From an uncultured Planctomycetia bacterium (GTDB lineage: Bacteria > Omnitrophota > Gorgyraeia > JABMRN01 > RBG-13-46-9): DNA of 64,000 bases. The first letter of the stretch is position 1; each line of letters begins with the position of its first letter. The position numbers and the translations under genes were made by a program. This document shows positions 53,704 through 64,000 of the stretch, piece by piece. The stretch lies in NCBI GenBank assembly GCA_964440235.1, contig CAYTQI010000003.1, forward strand, positions 1,599 to 65,598. Reading direction: 5' to 3'. Under the pieces are notes generated by a model. It was not told where the DNA came from, did no database searches, and saw only the letters and a list, made by a program, of their open reading frames with translations.

Positions 53704-54573
53704 TTAGGCCCGGGGATGAGCTTTATCGTATATTGTCTTAAGCCGCTCTGTCGTAACGTGAGTGTAAATTTGTGTTGTCGAAAGATTCTTATGGCCCAGA
53801 AGCTCCTGCACGCTCCTTAAATCAGCGCCCCTGTTTAAAAGATGCGTCGCGAAAGAATGGCGCAGCGTGTGCGGAGAAATACGCTCCTTCACGCTTAATT
53901 GCTTTATGTATTTATTCACTACGCGCCTCACGCTCCTCTGGTTCAGGCGCTTGCCTGCCCTGTTCAGAAAAAGTGCCTTCCCATCATTTTTCTTTCTGTT
54001 CCTGAACTCGAGGTATTCCCGGATAGCGTTTACGGCCTTGTCGCCTATTGGCGCGAGGCGTTCCTTTTTGCCTTTTCCGAGCACTTTCACGACACCCGAT
54101 ATAAAATCCACATCGGAAATATCAATGCCGACAAGTTCGCCAACCCTTATACCGGTACTGTAAAGCGTCTCAAGAAGGGCCTTATCCAGCAAACCGGGCA
54201 TGGTTTTTAAGTCAGGCGCTGAGACAAGTTTCTCTACGGTTTTCTCATCCAGAAATGCCGGCAGTTTCCTGTCCAACCTTGGCGCGGATATGCTTAAAAC
54301 CGGGTTATTTTTTATATAACCGTCTCTCTGAAGAAATCTGAAAAACATTCTCAGAGATGAAATTTTTCGCGCCACCGATCGCTTAGAGATGTTTTTGGAA
54401 CGCAGGTATCCCAAAAATTTTCTTACGGCCAGATAATCCACTTCTATCGCGGTAACGCCCCTCAAAAAACCGGAAAATTCAAGGAGATCGGACACGTAGC
54501 TTTTAACCGTATATGCGGAGTAATTTTTTTCAACAGTTAAGTAATTTTTAAATTTTTCTATGTAGCGTTTCAT
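53704..54573 (-). CDS. xerC: site-specific tyrosine recombinase XerC/XerD family
   Basis: R..HxxR..Y catalytic set (HTLRHSFATHLL...LLGHKNLSTTQIYTHV); the topA-xerC synteny suggests the chromosomal dimer-resolution Xer recombinase. Confidence 0.8.
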   Translation of the reverse strand: MKRYIEKFKNYLTVEKNYSAYTVKSYVSDLLEFSGFLRGVTAIEVDYLAVRKFLGYLRSKNISKRSVARKISSLRMFFRFLQRDGYIKNNPVLSISAPRLDRKLPAFLDEKTVEKLVSAPDLKTMPGLLDKALLETLYSTGIRVGELVGIDISDVDFISGVVKVLGKGKKERLAPIGDKAVNAIREYLEFRNRKKNDGKALFLNRAGKRLNQRSVRRVVNKYIKQLSVKERISPHTLRHSFATHLLNRGADLRSVQELLGHKNLSTTQIYTHVTTERLKTIYDKAHPRA

Positions 54574-54645
54574 ATTTATAGCGTATAGCGGATAGACAAA
54601 CAGAAGAAAATTTGAACGATATACGCAAAAACTTATGCGAGTTTT

Positions 54646-56643
54646 TCATGTATTTTCTTCCTTGGGCAACGACCTCGATGTATATTTGCACTCGGGAAAC
54701 TTCGTGCACCCGTAAAAAAACCCGCGTTTTGAGCGCCTTTCTATAAGTTCCCCGTCGCATCCGGGATTGGGGCATTTCACGCCTGTCGTAATGGATTTGG
54801 CAAATTTGCATTTTGGAAAATCGGAACAGCTTAAAAATTTTCCGCGCCTGCCCCATTTAATGATCATGGGCTTACCGCACAATTCACAAATCTCGTCGGT
54901 TTTTATGCCTTCTTTTTTTATGCTTTTCATATTTTTCTTGGCCATATCCACGCTGTGCATAAAAGGGCTGTAAAAGCCTTTTAACACTACGAGAGAATCG
55001 ATTTTCCCTTCTTCGATGCCATCAAGCTCTTCTTCCATTTTCGCCGTGAATTTAACATCCATTATTTTAGGGAAATGCTTTACAAGAAGGCTGTTCGTAA
55101 TTTCGCCTAATTCCGTGGGTGAAAGGTAACCCCTCATTCGTTTTACGTAATTACGCATTATGATAGTGTAAATAATCGGCGCGTAAGTGGATGGACGGCC
55201 TATCCCGTTTTCCTCCAACGCCTTTACCAGCGTGGCGTCGGAATAACGTGCCGGGGGTTTTGTAAAATGCTGGGATGGAACGAGTTTTAAAAGATTCAGG
55301 TGTTCCCCGACTTTTAATAGCGGCATCTTCCATTCGGACAGGCGCCTTTCCCCTTCTTTCTGTGTTTCAGAAGGGGTATATAAAATCGTGAAACCGTCAA
55401 AAACCACTCTTGTCCCGGATGTTTTAAAAAGGTAGGGGCCTGATTCTATAAAAACGGTATTTACCGAATATACCGCTTTCACCATCTGACTCGAGACAAA
55501 CCTCTTCCATATGAGTTCATATAACTTTAGTTGCTCCGGCGTTAAAAAATCTTTCAGTGTTTCCGGATTTCTTAAAGGTACTGTCGGCCTGATGCATTCA
55601 TGGGCCTCCTGGGCACTTTTTCGCGATTTATACACATTCGGTTTTGCGGGATAATACTTTTCGCCGTAAGTCTTTAATATATACTTTTTTGCTGCTTCCT
55701 GCGCGTCGCGCGAGACCCTTACGGAATCCGTTCTCATATACGTTATGAGACCCACACCCTCTTTATCTTCTAATTCCACGCCCTCATACAGGGATTGCGC
55801 TATGCGCATGGTTTTATTTACGGAAAAACGCAATTTGTTAAAAGCGTCCTGCTGCATTTTTGAAGTCGTGAAAGGCGCCTGTGGTGAACGTCTTTTTTTG
55901 CCTTCTTTTGTGTTTGATACAATAAATTCATTCTTTTTTATATTGTCCAGCGCGGAAGCGGCCTCTTTTTCGCTTGTAATGCGAAAATCTTTACCGTCAA
56001 TTTTGTCCAGGCTGGCCGTAAAACTGCGTTTCTCGTCAACCTTTTTTCTCAAATGCGCTTCTATTTCCCAGTATTCCTGCGGTTTGAATTTCCGTATCTC
56101 CGCCTCTTTTTCCACAACAAGCCGCACGGCTACGGATTGCACCCTGCCCGCGGAAAGGCCCCTGGTAATTTTTTTCCAGAGAAGAGGGCTCAAGCTGTAA
56201 CCCACAATTCTGTCCAGGATCCGGCGCGCCTGCTGGGCGCTTACAAGATTTTTATCAATGTCATGCGGGCGCTCAAAAGCTTTTGTTACAGCGGCGTGAG
56301 TGATTTCATCAAAAGTTACCCTGTATACTTTTTTTCCCCTGCCAAGTTCTCTTTTGAGGTGCCAGCTTATCGCCTCGCCTTCCCTGTCAGGATCAGCGGC
56401 GAGATATATGGCATCGCTATTTTTTATTTCTTTTTTTAGCTTTGCCAGGTATTTTCTTCTTTCGGGAATAACTATATACTCCGGCCTGAAATTATCTTCG
56501 ACATCGATTCCCATTTTGCTTTTCGGCAGGTCTATCATGTGGCCCATGCTCGAAAGCACTACATATCCCGAACCAAGTATCTTGTTGATCGTTTTGGATT
56601 TTGCGGGTGACTCCACTATGACAATTGCTTTTCTTTTAGGCAT
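54646..56643 (-). CDS. topA: DNA topoisomerase I
   Basis: TOPRIM N-terminus (IVIVESPAKSKTI, DPDREGEAISWHL), catalytic Tyr region, C-terminal Cx2C zinc-ribbon repeats. Confidence 0.9.
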   Translation of the reverse strand: MPKRKAIVIVESPAKSKTINKILGSGYVVLSSMGHMIDLPKSKMGIDVEDNFRPEYIVIPERRKYLAKLKKEIKNSDAIYLAADPDREGEAISWHLKRELGRGKKVYRVTFDEITHAAVTKAFERPHDIDKNLVSAQQARRILDRIVGYSLSPLLWKKITRGLSAGRVQSVAVRLVVEKEAEIRKFKPQEYWEIEAHLRKKVDEKRSFTASLDKIDGKDFRITSEKEAASALDNIKKNEFIVSNTKEGKKRRSPQAPFTTSKMQQDAFNKLRFSVNKTMRIAQSLYEGVELEDKEGVGLITYMRTDSVRVSRDAQEAAKKYILKTYGEKYYPAKPNVYKSRKSAQEAHECIRPTVPLRNPETLKDFLTPEQLKLYELIWKRFVSSQMVKAVYSVNTVFIESGPYLFKTSGTRVVFDGFTILYTPSETQKEGERRLSEWKMPLLKVGEHLNLLKLVPSQHFTKPPARYSDATLVKALEENGIGRPSTYAPIIYTIIMRNYVKRMRGYLSPTELGEITNSLLVKHFPKIMDVKFTAKMEEELDGIEEGKIDSLVVLKGFYSPFMHSVDMAKKNMKSIKKEGIKTDEICELCGKPMIIKWGRRGKFLSCSDFPKCKFAKSITTGVKCPNPGCDGELIERRSKRGFFYGCTKFPECKYTSRSLPKEENT

Positions 56644-57535
56644 ATTCCTCTTTTATAAAATTTTCGCCCGGCAAAGTTTTAATCAGCTTCTTAAGCTCAA
56701 GCCTAAGCAGCGTTTCCGATATTTTATTTACCGGTATGTTTATTATTTTCGATATTTCATCGATTGACCTGGGCTCGTTTCCCAAAATTTCGAATATTTT
56801 CGCCTCATCCGCCGACATGGACCTTACAATACCGGGTTTTGGTAAACCCGGTATTGTAAGGTTATTGCTGGTTTTCTTAATGTTAATGACGTAGCTGAGT
56901 TCCTCGAGTATATCCCCGACGTTTTCGACAAGCTTGGCGCCTTCCTTTATGAGGCGGTTTGTGCCGCTTGATTTGGCAGAGCTTACATTGCCGGGCATAG
57001 CGAAAACCTCTCTTCCCTGTTCAAGGGCAAAATTGGCCGTTATTAAAGCGCCGCTTTTTTGAGGGGCTTCTATCACAATTACGCCTTTTGACATGCCGCT
57101 TACTATCCTGTTTCTCCTTGGAAAATTCAGTTTAAGCGGCGGCGTCTCCGGCGAATATTCCGATATGACCGCCCCGTTTCTCACAATTTCGCGGTAAAGC
57201 TTGGCGTTTTCCGGAGGATATATATTATCGTGCCCGCTTCCCAGAACCGCTATCGTTCTCCCGCCGGCCTTTATAGCGCCTCTATGCGAGGCGGTATCGA
57301 TACCAAGAGCCATTCCGCTGACAATGGTTATTCCCCGCGCGGCCAGGTCAAATGAAAGTTTTTCGCACTGCCGGAGCCCGTAATCCGTGGCGCGCCTGGT
57401 GCCAACGATGGCTATCGCGTTTGAATCAGAGGCAAGGATTTCACCGTTAACAAAAAGCGCTTCCGGTGCGTTGTATATATGCCTCAAGATATCGGGATAT
57501 TCCCCGTTTTCCTTTTCTATTCTTCTTACAGCCAT
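56636..57535 (-). CDS. dprA: DNA processing protein DprA (Smf)
   Basis: Rossmann-like DprA core (IVGTRRATDYG...IVSGMALGIDTASH...IAVLGSGHD) plus a C-terminal winged-helix-like segment. Confidence 0.85.
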   Translation of the reverse strand: MAVRRIEKENGEYPDILRHIYNAPEALFVNGEILASDSNAIAIVGTRRATDYGLRQCEKLSFDLAARGITIVSGMALGIDTASHRGAIKAGGRTIAVLGSGHDNIYPPENAKLYREIVRNGAVISEYSPETPPLKLNFPRRNRIVSGMSKGVIVIEAPQKSGALITANFALEQGREVFAMPGNVSSAKSSGTNRLIKEGAKLVENVGDILEELSYVINIKKTSNNLTIPGLPKPGIVRSMSADEAKIFEILGNEPRSIDEISKIINIPVNKISETLLRLELKKLIKTLPGENFIKEEYA

Positions 57536-57541
57536 TCCGTC

Positions 57542-58180
57542 CTAACCCTTTCCGGCACGGTGCAGGCAATCCATGAATCTCTCCAGAAGCGCAGGGTCAA
57601 ACTTTCTGCCGGACTCTTTTTTCATGATACTCTTTGCCTTTTCGACAGAATACGCGCCGCGGTAAGCCCTTTTGCTTGTAAGGGCATCATACGCGTCAGC
57701 TATAGCCAAAATACGTGAAGCCAACGGTATATCCTCGCCTTTTAATCCGTCGGGATAGCCGGTACCGTTATAATTTTCATGATGATGCCTTACCGTGGAA
57801 ACAATAGGGCCAAAAAACTTGAGCGGTTTTATTATTTGAGCGCCGAGATCGGCATGTTTCTGGACCTCCTTATATTCCTTACTGTCAAGCGAACCGTTCT
57901 TAAGTAGTATACTTTCCTTTATTCCTACTTTGCCGATGTCATGCAGTATCGCCGCGAGCCTTATGTATTCCACTTCTTTTTTATAAAGCCCCAGAGATTT
58001 AGCCAGCATTACAGCGTAGTTTGAAACTTTTACCGAATGCCTTTTTGTATAAGGGTCCCTTGATTCCGTGAGATTGATAAGAGTGTGAATTGATTGCATA
58101 TACGCCCTGTGAACGGGTTTTGTGGAATTGGAAAACCTGCTGTAAAGCTGCTTGAGGTGTTTATCAGTTTCAGCGTACAT
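57542..58180 (-). CDS. HD-GYP domain protein (c-di-GMP phosphodiesterase family)
   Basis: HD motif AAILHDIGK, HHENYNGTGYP (GYP motif), IADAYDALTSKRAYR. Confidence 0.75.
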   Translation of the reverse strand: MYAETDKHLKQLYSRFSNSTKPVHRAYMQSIHTLINLTESRDPYTKRHSVKVSNYAVMLAKSLGLYKKEVEYIRLAAILHDIGKVGIKESILLKNGSLDSKEYKEVQKHADLGAQIIKPLKFFGPIVSTVRHHHENYNGTGYPDGLKGEDIPLASRILAIADAYDALTSKRAYRGAYSVEKAKSIMKKESGRKFDPALLERFMDCLHRAGKG

Positions 58181-58679
58181 TTTTTAAAATCCCTTCTACT
58201 TCATCGGCAACTTTTCCCACGGACATCGCGGAAGTATCTAAATGAAAATCGGCCGGCTCATAAAAATGCTTCCTGGATTCCAGAAGTTTTTTAATTTTTT
58301 CCAACGGGTCCCGAACGTTCAGAAGCGGTCTGTGAACGTATTTTTTTGTCCTTTCCAGAATAATCCCCGGTTCCGCCCGGAGGCAAAAAACCAGCCCCTT
58401 CTTTTTAAGATTCTTCAGGTTTTCCGGATCTATGACAACCCCTCCGCCGGCGTCAATCACGGCGTTTTCCATGAGCGAGACCTCCTTAACAACCTGTTTT
58501 TCCAGCTTCCTGAAATACGCCTCGCCTTTTCCGGAAAATATCTCACGTATAGAAATACCTTCTTTTTTTTCGATAAGCCGGTCGGTGCTCGCGTATCTCA
58601 TGTTGAGCCGCGCGGATAATACCTTCGCAACTTCCGTTTTGCCAACGCCCATAAAACCGACTAACACTATGTTTCGCAT
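58170..58679 (-). CDS. aroK: shikimate kinase
   Basis: P-loop VGFMGVGKT and shikimate-binding ISTGGGVV-like region (DAGGGVV). Confidence 0.85.
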   Translation of the reverse strand: MRNIVLVGFMGVGKTEVAKVLSARLNMRYASTDRLIEKKEGISIREIFSGKGEAYFRKLEKQVVKEVSLMENAVIDAGGGVVIDPENLKNLKKKGLVFCLRAEPGIILERTKKYVHRPLLNVRDPLEKIKKLLESRKHFYEPADFHLDTSAMSVGKVADEVEGILKNVR

Positions 58680-58731
58680 GATAATATTCAGCGGATAACG
58701 AATAGTTTTTTTATGCGCTAAACGCTACACG

Positions 58732-59859
58732 TTAGAATTTTTTTAAACTTTTTTTATACCCTTCGTAATTCCGCTTCATTTCCGTCAGTGAATCGCCGCC
58801 GAATTTTTCCGTAAACGCGCGCGCCACTTCCATGGCCGCGGCGCTTTCGGCTATAACGCCGGCCGAGGGCACAACGCACACGTCGGAACGTTCCACCTGG
58901 GCTTTGGCCTTTTTTTTGGTCCTGATATGAACCGAATCAAGCGCTTTCATGAGCGTTGCTATCGGTTTCATGGCCGCGCGAAAAACGATATCCTCGCCAT
59001 TCGTAATACCGCCCTCTATCCCGCCGGCAGCGTTGGTTTTCCTGTAAAACTTCCCGGATTTCGCGCTGAAAAATATTTCGTCATGCACGGCGCTTCCACG
59101 CTCGCGGGCCGCGGCAAAACCCCTTCCTATTTCGACGCCTTTTATCCCGGGAATCGACATGACTGCCCCGGCCAGCGCGCCGTCAAGCCGGCGATCATGC
59201 TGCGTGTAACTTCCAAGGCCTGACGGGGCCCCTTTTACGATTACCTCAAAAATACCTCCCAGGGTATCGCCGGAACTGCGCGCCTTTTCGATTTCGAGGC
59301 ACATGAGGCGCGAGGCCTCTTTTTCGGCGCATCTGACAGGTGAATTTTCGGCGCGTTTTTTTATTATATCAAATGAAAATCTTTTATCCGAGGTAACGCG
59401 CCCTATCGAGACAACATGGCTTAAAAACTTTATGCCGAATTCCCTTAAAAGAATTTTGCCGACGGCCCCCGCGGCAACCTTAGAGGCGGTTTCGCGCGCC
59501 GAGGCCCTCTCTAAAATATTCCTTATATCTTTAGCTCCGAACTTAAGCGCGCCGGCTAAATCAGCGTGGCCGGGCCGCGGCCTGCTTATAGACGGAAGAT
59601 CCTCTATCTTAAAATCTTTATTGGCGACAAAAAGCGCTATCGGGCTCCCTATGGTCATTCCTTTCCGGGTGCCGGAAAGGACCTCTACCCTGTCTTTTTC
59701 CATACGCATCCTCATTCCCCGGCCGAAACCTTTCATGCGCCGGGAAAGTTCGTTATTAATGAACTTGGCATCAAGCTTAAGCCCGGCGGGAACACCTTCC
59801 ACGATTGAGACGAGCGCTTTCCCGTGCGACTCTCCCGCGGTCAGGTAACGTATACTCAT
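58732..59859 (-). CDS. aroC: chorismate synthase
   Basis: N-terminal YLTAGESHG, three chorismate-synthase signature blocks (GRSSARETA-like RASARETA, GGISNG-like GGITNG). Confidence 0.9.
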   Translation of the reverse strand: MSIRYLTAGESHGKALVSIVEGVPAGLKLDAKFINNELSRRMKGFGRGMRMRMEKDRVEVLSGTRKGMTIGSPIALFVANKDFKIEDLPSISRPRPGHADLAGALKFGAKDIRNILERASARETASKVAAGAVGKILLREFGIKFLSHVVSIGRVTSDKRFSFDIIKKRAENSPVRCAEKEASRLMCLEIEKARSSGDTLGGIFEVIVKGAPSGLGSYTQHDRRLDGALAGAVMSIPGIKGVEIGRGFAAARERGSAVHDEIFFSAKSGKFYRKTNAAGGIEGGITNGEDIVFRAAMKPIATLMKALDSVHIRTKKKAKAQVERSDVCVVPSAGVIAESAAAMEVARAFTEKFGGDSLTEMKRNYEGYKKSLKKF

Positions 59860-59929
59860 GTCCGGCTCCTTTCTGCGTACTCTAACGAATAACGCATGTA
59901 TCGGCGCTTGAACGCAACTGCCCCCTGCG

Positions 59930-60703
59930 TTAATATACTAAAAACAACCTATTTAGTATTTTTTCCCCGAAAAAAATCGCCACTACGGCCGCCAGCGAAA
60001 GATACGGGCCATAGGGAATAATATCTTTTCCTTCTTTTAATTTCAAAATAACGCCCGCGAAAGACCCGAAAAATGGCGCCAAAAAAAATGTGAAAATCGC
60101 GAGTTTCCATCCCAGAAACGCGCCTATCATCGCGAGCAGCTTAACATCCCCTCCGCCCATTGCTTCTTTTTTAAAAATAAATTCTCCGATATAACCCAGA
60201 ATATAAATACTCCCCCCGCCGGCGACGACCCCAAGGGCCGAGTTTAGAAGGGACGAAAAAACACCTGTTTTATTCATAAGCGGCGGATATAAAGCCGATA
60301 AAAAAAGCCCAAGAACTATTCCCGAAAGCGTTATTTCATCGGGTATCTCGTGAATCTTGAGATCCACGAACGATACAACGATAAGGGCGCCCGTAAAATA
60401 AAACAAAATTAGGTATTTAGGCGTAAATCCGAAATGTAAAAAAAGTAAAGCGCACATAATCCCCGAAAGAATCTCCACCGCGACGTATCGCGGTGAAATC
60501 CTGCCGCCGCATGAACGGCACTTTCCCCTGAGGAAAATGTAGCTCAATACAGGTATATTGTCAAACCAGCGTATGGCAGTGCCGCACAGCGGGCACCTCG
60601 AACGCGGGAATACGATCGATTCCTTTCTGGGAAGTCTGTAAATACACACATTCATGAAACTTCCGAAAATCGCCCCAATGATAAACAGAAAAATTATAAT
60701 CAT
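59930..60703 (-). CDS. pilD: type IV prepilin peptidase (A24 family, PilD-like)
   Basis: N-terminal Cys tetrad (CPLCGTAI...CRSCGGRI), catalytic Asp-containing TM segments, polytopic. Confidence 0.85.
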   Translation of the reverse strand: MIIIFLFIIGAIFGSFMNVCIYRLPRKESIVFPRSRCPLCGTAIRWFDNIPVLSYIFLRGKCRSCGGRISPRYVAVEILSGIMCALLFLHFGFTPKYLILFYFTGALIVVSFVDLKIHEIPDEITLSGIVLGLFLSALYPPLMNKTGVFSSLLNSALGVVAGGGSIYILGYIGEFIFKKEAMGGGDVKLLAMIGAFLGWKLAIFTFFLAPFFGSFAGVILKLKEGKDIIPYGPYLSLAAVVAIFFGEKILNRLFLVY

Positions 60704-61551
60704 TTTTTAATGTTCGCCAGCAGTACTTTACGCATGATTCCGAGAGGGGCGTCTTTTTTTGTCCAATGCTCGAAAGAGCGGCCCGCCTGGTAAAGAAGCA
60801 TGTTTAATCCGTCGGAAGCGTTCGCGTTCCGGGCACGGGCCTCTTTTATGAGAGCGGTCTCTCTCGCATAAATCAAATCCAAAACAAAGTGCTTCCTATC
60901 AATATACTTGTAATTAAAAAGCCATTCGTCGGCGCTTTTGGCGCCGCATGGCGTGGCATTAACAATAAGGTCCGTTTTTGATATAAAATCATCGTACTGC
61001 GTTTTGTCCTGCGCGATGGTTATCACGGCATCGCCCCACTGTTTCCGGGAAAAGACATCCGCCAGCTTCACCGCCTTTTTAGTGTCAATGTCCGCGATAA
61101 CGATCCTTTTCGCGCCCAAAGTTATAAGCCCGTAGATAACGGCCCTGGCCGCTCCGCCGGCGCCGAAGACAAAAGCGCTTTTTCCCTCAATATTAAAATT
61201 CAGATCCCCTTCGTTAAATCCGCAAAGGACCTTTATGAAGCCCTGGTAGTCCGTGTTGTAACCCCTGAGAATGCCGCCGTCATGCAATACGGTATTCAGC
61301 GCGCCTATGGCTTTCGCGGCCGCAGTCGGCTCTTCGGTAAATTTTAACGCTTTTTCCTTATAAGGCACCGTAATGTTACAGCCGGAGATTTCGCCTTTTC
61401 GTAATTTCGCGAAAAAATCCTTCAGCCCTTCCCCGGAAATGTCAAAAAGAAGATACTCCGCGTCAATGCCAAGCGCCTTAAAAGCAGCATTGTGCATCGC
61501 GGGCGAGAGCGAATAGCTTATATCCCTGCCGAGAAGCCCGTATTTTTTCAT
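60700..61551 (-). CDS. aroE: shikimate dehydrogenase
   Basis: LLGRDISYSLSPAMHNAAF substrate-binding N-terminus, GAGGAARAV NADP Rossmann motif. Confidence 0.85.
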   Translation of the reverse strand: MKKYGLLGRDISYSLSPAMHNAAFKALGIDAEYLLFDISGEGLKDFFAKLRKGEISGCNITVPYKEKALKFTEEPTAAAKAIGALNTVLHDGGILRGYNTDYQGFIKVLCGFNEGDLNFNIEGKSAFVFGAGGAARAVIYGLITLGAKRIVIADIDTKKAVKLADVFSRKQWGDAVITIAQDKTQYDDFISKTDLIVNATPCGAKSADEWLFNYKYIDRKHFVLDLIYARETALIKEARARNANASDGLNMLLYQAGRSFEHWTKKDAPLGIMRKVLLANIKK

Positions 61552-61557
61552 ATAAAT

Positions 61558-63069
61558 TTATTTTCTGCCCGGCGCCTTTATTTTATTCAGCGCGTTAAGA
61601 TACGCTTTTATGCTCGCCTCGATAACGTCCGTCGAGGCTCCCCGTCCGGTCATTTCTTTTTTTCCGATTTTCATTTTTACCGACACCTCTCCGAGAGCGT
61701 CCTTGCCCGCGGTTACGGCATTCAGGTTGTAACCGAGAAGCCTGGGTTTACTCCCGACAATCTTTTCGATAGCTTTGTAGCAGGCGTCCACGGGGCCGTC
61801 CCCGGTTGAGTTCGCGACAAGATTTTTGTTCCTATATTTTATCGTAACTGTCGCGCTTGGCGTAATTTTGTTGCCGCTTAAAACATAAAAATTTACCAGG
61901 GCGTAAATAGGCTTTATGGACCCGATTTCATCTTCAACGATTGCGGCCAGGTCCTCGTCAAAAATTTCTTTTTTCTTATCGGCGAGTTTTTTGAATCTCC
62001 TGAACGCCGATTCGATTTCATCGCGTGAAAGGGTATAACCCATCTTTTTAAAACGCGCCTGGAGGGCATGCCTGCCGGAATGTTTACCGAGAACGAGTTT
62101 TGTATCGCCAAAACCTACATCCTCCGGACGCATGATTTCGTACGTCCGGGGCTCCTTTAAAAACCCGTCCTGATGAATGCCGGCTTCGTGCGCGAAAGCG
62201 TTGCCCCCCACGATGGCCTTGTTCGGCTGGACCGATATCCCGGTAAGCTTGCTTACAAGACGGGATGTTTTATATATGTCTCTCGTTTTTATATCTGTTC
62301 TGAGTTTAAATATATCCTTTCTCGTCGAAATAGCCATTACAATCTCTTCCAGCGAGGCATTGCCCGCCCTCTCGCCGAGCCCGTTAATCGTGCATTCGGC
62401 CTGCCGGGCGCCGTTTAACACCGCAGCTAACGTGTTGCTTACCGCAAGCCCGAGGTCATTATGGCAGTGGACGCTTATAACCGCCTTATGGATATTGGGC
62501 ACGTTTGCCCTTATCCCTTTTATTACATCACCAAACTCATACGGAGTCGCGTAACCAACCGTATCCGGAATATTTATTGTTTCGGCGCCGGCGTCAATAA
62601 CGGCTTCCAGGACCTCATACAGGAATCCCTTATCGGTACGCGAGGCATCTTCCGGGGAAAACTCTATATCTTTTATTTTGCGCTTCGCGTACTTCACGGC
62701 CCACACAGATGCCTTTAAAATCTGGCCTTTGGCCTTTTTCAATTTGTATTTCATATGTATCCGTGAAGTGGCCAAGAAAACGTGTACGCGCGGTTTTTTC
62801 GCGCGTTTAACCGCCAGGCAAGCGGCATCTATATCCGTTTTCACGGCGCGCGCCAGGGCGCATACTTTTGATTTTTTTATTTCTTTCGCGACGCCGGAAA
62901 CCGCCTGAAAATCTCCCGGGCTTGACGCCGGAAAACCGGCCTCTATGATGTCAACGCCCAGCGCCTCAAGCTGCCTGGCAACCTCTAACTTTTTCTTATT
63001 GTTCAGGCTCGCGCCGGGTGACTGTTCACCGTCCCTAAGCGTTGTGTCGAAAATAATTAATTTCTCCAT
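61558..63069 (-). CDS. leuA: 2-isopropylmalate synthase (LeuA family; a citramalate-synthase function cannot be excluded)
   Basis: [33 protein letters not shown] and a LeuA dimerisation C-terminal domain; next to ilvC. Confidence 0.8.
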   Translation of the reverse strand: MEKLIIFDTTLRDGEQSPGASLNNKKKLEVARQLEALGVDIIEAGFPASSPGDFQAVSGVAKEIKKSKVCALARAVKTDIDAACLAVKRAKKPRVHVFLATSRIHMKYKLKKAKGQILKASVWAVKYAKRKIKDIEFSPEDASRTDKGFLYEVLEAVIDAGAETINIPDTVGYATPYEFGDVIKGIRANVPNIHKAVISVHCHNDLGLAVSNTLAAVLNGARQAECTINGLGERAGNASLEEIVMAISTRKDIFKLRTDIKTRDIYKTSRLVSKLTGISVQPNKAIVGGNAFAHEAGIHQDGFLKEPRTYEIMRPEDVGFGDTKLVLGKHSGRHALQARFKKMGYTLSRDEIESAFRRFKKLADKKKEIFDEDLAAIVEDEIGSIKPIYALVNFYVLSGNKITPSATVTIKYRNKNLVANSTGDGPVDACYKAIEKIVGSKPRLLGYNLNAVTAGKDALGEVSVKMKIGKKEMTGRGASTDVIEASIKAYLNALNKIKAPGRK

Positions 63070-63146
63070 CTTTTTACCTTAACCTGTTCAGGTTCAGGCG
63101 ACTTTTTTGTGGGTAACGCCGGGCGGGCGCCCACAAAAAATTCGTC

Positions 63147-64000
63147 TTACTCTTCCATCCAAGGCATCATTTTTCGAAGTTTTTTTCCCACTTCCTCAAT
63201 AACGTGCTTATCCTGCTCTTTGCGCAATTTATTAAAAAGAGGCCGTCCTTTTTTATTTTCTTCCATCCACTCTTCGGCGAATTTGCCTGTCCGTATGTCG
63301 TCAAGCATTTCTTTCATTATCCTTCTCGTATCATTATTAATTACGACCTTGCCTCTTGTGAGATCGCCGTATTCGGCCGTATCCGAAACTCTCTTGCGCA
63401 TTCCCTGTATACCGGATTTATAAATCAGGTCTGTTATAAGCTTCAGCTCATGAAGGCATTCAAAATAGGCTATTTCAGGCTGGTATCCCGCCTCCACCAG
63501 TGTGTCAAAACCCGCTTTTATAAGTTCTGATACACCGCCGCAAAGAACAGCCTGTTCCCCGAAAAGATCGGTCTCTGTTTCTTCCTTAAAAGTAGTCTCA
63601 ATAACGCCTGCACGGGTTCCGCCTATCGCTTTCGCGTATGCCAGAGCGAGTTTTAAAGCGTTCCCGGAAGAATCCTGAAAAATCGCCACAAGGCACGGCA
63701 CGCCTTTGCCTTCCTGATACTGTTGCCTGACAAGCGCGCCCGGCCCTTTCGGCGCAACCATAAAAACGTCAACATTTTTCGGCGGTTCTATCTGCCTGAA
63801 ATGTATGTTGAAACCGTGTGAGAAAACAAGCGCTTTATCTTTCTGTAAATTCGGCTCTATGGCTTCATTATAAACCTTGGATTGAACGTGATCCTGGGTA
63901 AGTATCTGAATTACGTCAGCGTTTTTCGCCGCTTCGGCTGATTTGACAGGCTTGAATCCGTCTTTCACGGCAGTCCTGTAATTCTCGGTACCTTCCAATT
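63147..64000 (-). CDS. ilvC: ketol-acid reductoisomerase, C-terminal roughly 285 aa; the gene continues beyond the window end
   Basis: KARI knotted C-domain motifs ([28 protein letters not shown]). The Rossmann N-terminus lies past position 64000. Confidence 0.8.
   Translation of the reverse strand, partial: LEGTENYRTAVKDGFKPVKSAEAAKNADVIQILTQDHVQSKVYNEAIEPNLQKDKALVFSHGFNIHFRQIEPPKNVDVFMVAPKGPGALVRQQYQEGKGVPCLVAIFQDSSGNALKLALAYAKAIGGTRAGVIETTFKEETETDLFGEQAVLCGGVSELIKAGFDTLVEAGYQPEIAYFECLHELKLITDLIYKSGIQGMRKRVSDTAEYGDLTRGKVVINNDTRRIMKEMLDDIRTGKFAEEWMEENKKGRPLFNKLRKEQDKHVIEEVGKKLRKMMPWMEE

Overview
This 64 kb window is a gene-dense chromosomal region (coding density roughly 90%) from a Gram-negative (diderm) bacterium, probably an uncultivated lineage. 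The proteins are lysine- and isoleucine-rich, and about 50% GC is my visual estimate. A full LPS inner-core and lipid A toolkit is present, together with a type IV prepilin peptidase. 62 of the 65 called genes lie on the minus strand. From window start to end the content is as follows. (1) accA (partial), a LysM L,D-transpeptidase, mnmE, folC, ychF and the class II B12-dependent ribonucleotide reductase nrdJ. (2) A long, tightly packed minus-strand operon. It holds a GH65 disaccharide phosphorylase with its beta-phosphoglucomutase partner, MgtC, a Na+/Ca2+ exchanger, an AmmeMemoRadiSam-type radical SAM enzyme without its usual AMMECR1 and Memo partners, endonuclease III, a periplasmic PEBP, and a RibD_C reductase fused in-frame to a type IV pilin-like segment. 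(3) A DUF900 lipoprotein, a very basic beta-repeat protein, a divergent ThyA-fold protein, Maf and an HI0933-family flavoprotein, with a dihydrouridine synthase on the plus strand. (4) A lipid-turnover cluster of three alpha/beta hydrolases around an acyl-CoA synthetase. (5) A small zinc-ribbon ORF missed by the ORF track, a putative outer-membrane beta-barrel repeat protein, and a plus-strand patatin phospholipase plus cation/H+ antiporter pair. (6) Nnr epimerase, an M28 peptidase, two paralogous HAAAP aromatic amino-acid permeases flanking an MFS transporter, and a secreted, extremely basic tandem-repeat protein. (7) A LOG-family gene and an ArfB-like ribosome-rescue factor. (8) A 13.5 kb LPS locus: three tandem GT9 heptosyltransferases, a polysaccharide deacetylase, a GT4, a GT4-GT9 fusion, an LpxL-ELM1 fusion, lpxK, an ArsB/NhaD permease, a CBS protein and waaA. 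(9) xerC, topA, dprA, an HD-GYP protein, aroK, aroC, the prepilin peptidase, aroE, leuA and ilvC (partial). The most unusual observation is a short perfect-palindrome element of 52-61 bp with a conserved 19-nt core (TTCCACTGCGTCAGTGGAA and its reverse complement). It is present twice, each time inserted in-frame inside an LPS glycosyltransferase gene (the GT4-GT9 fusion and waaA), which is reminiscent of Rickettsia palindromic elements. Other points worth a second look are the RibD_C-pilin chimera, the ThyA-like plus basic repeat protein pair, the basic tandem-repeat secreted protein, an in-frame (EK)n hexanucleotide microsatellite inside nrdJ with candidate NrdR boxes upstream, and a poly-A small uORF ahead of the ArfB-like gene. 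Coordinates of small features that I counted by hand may be off by 1-2 nt.
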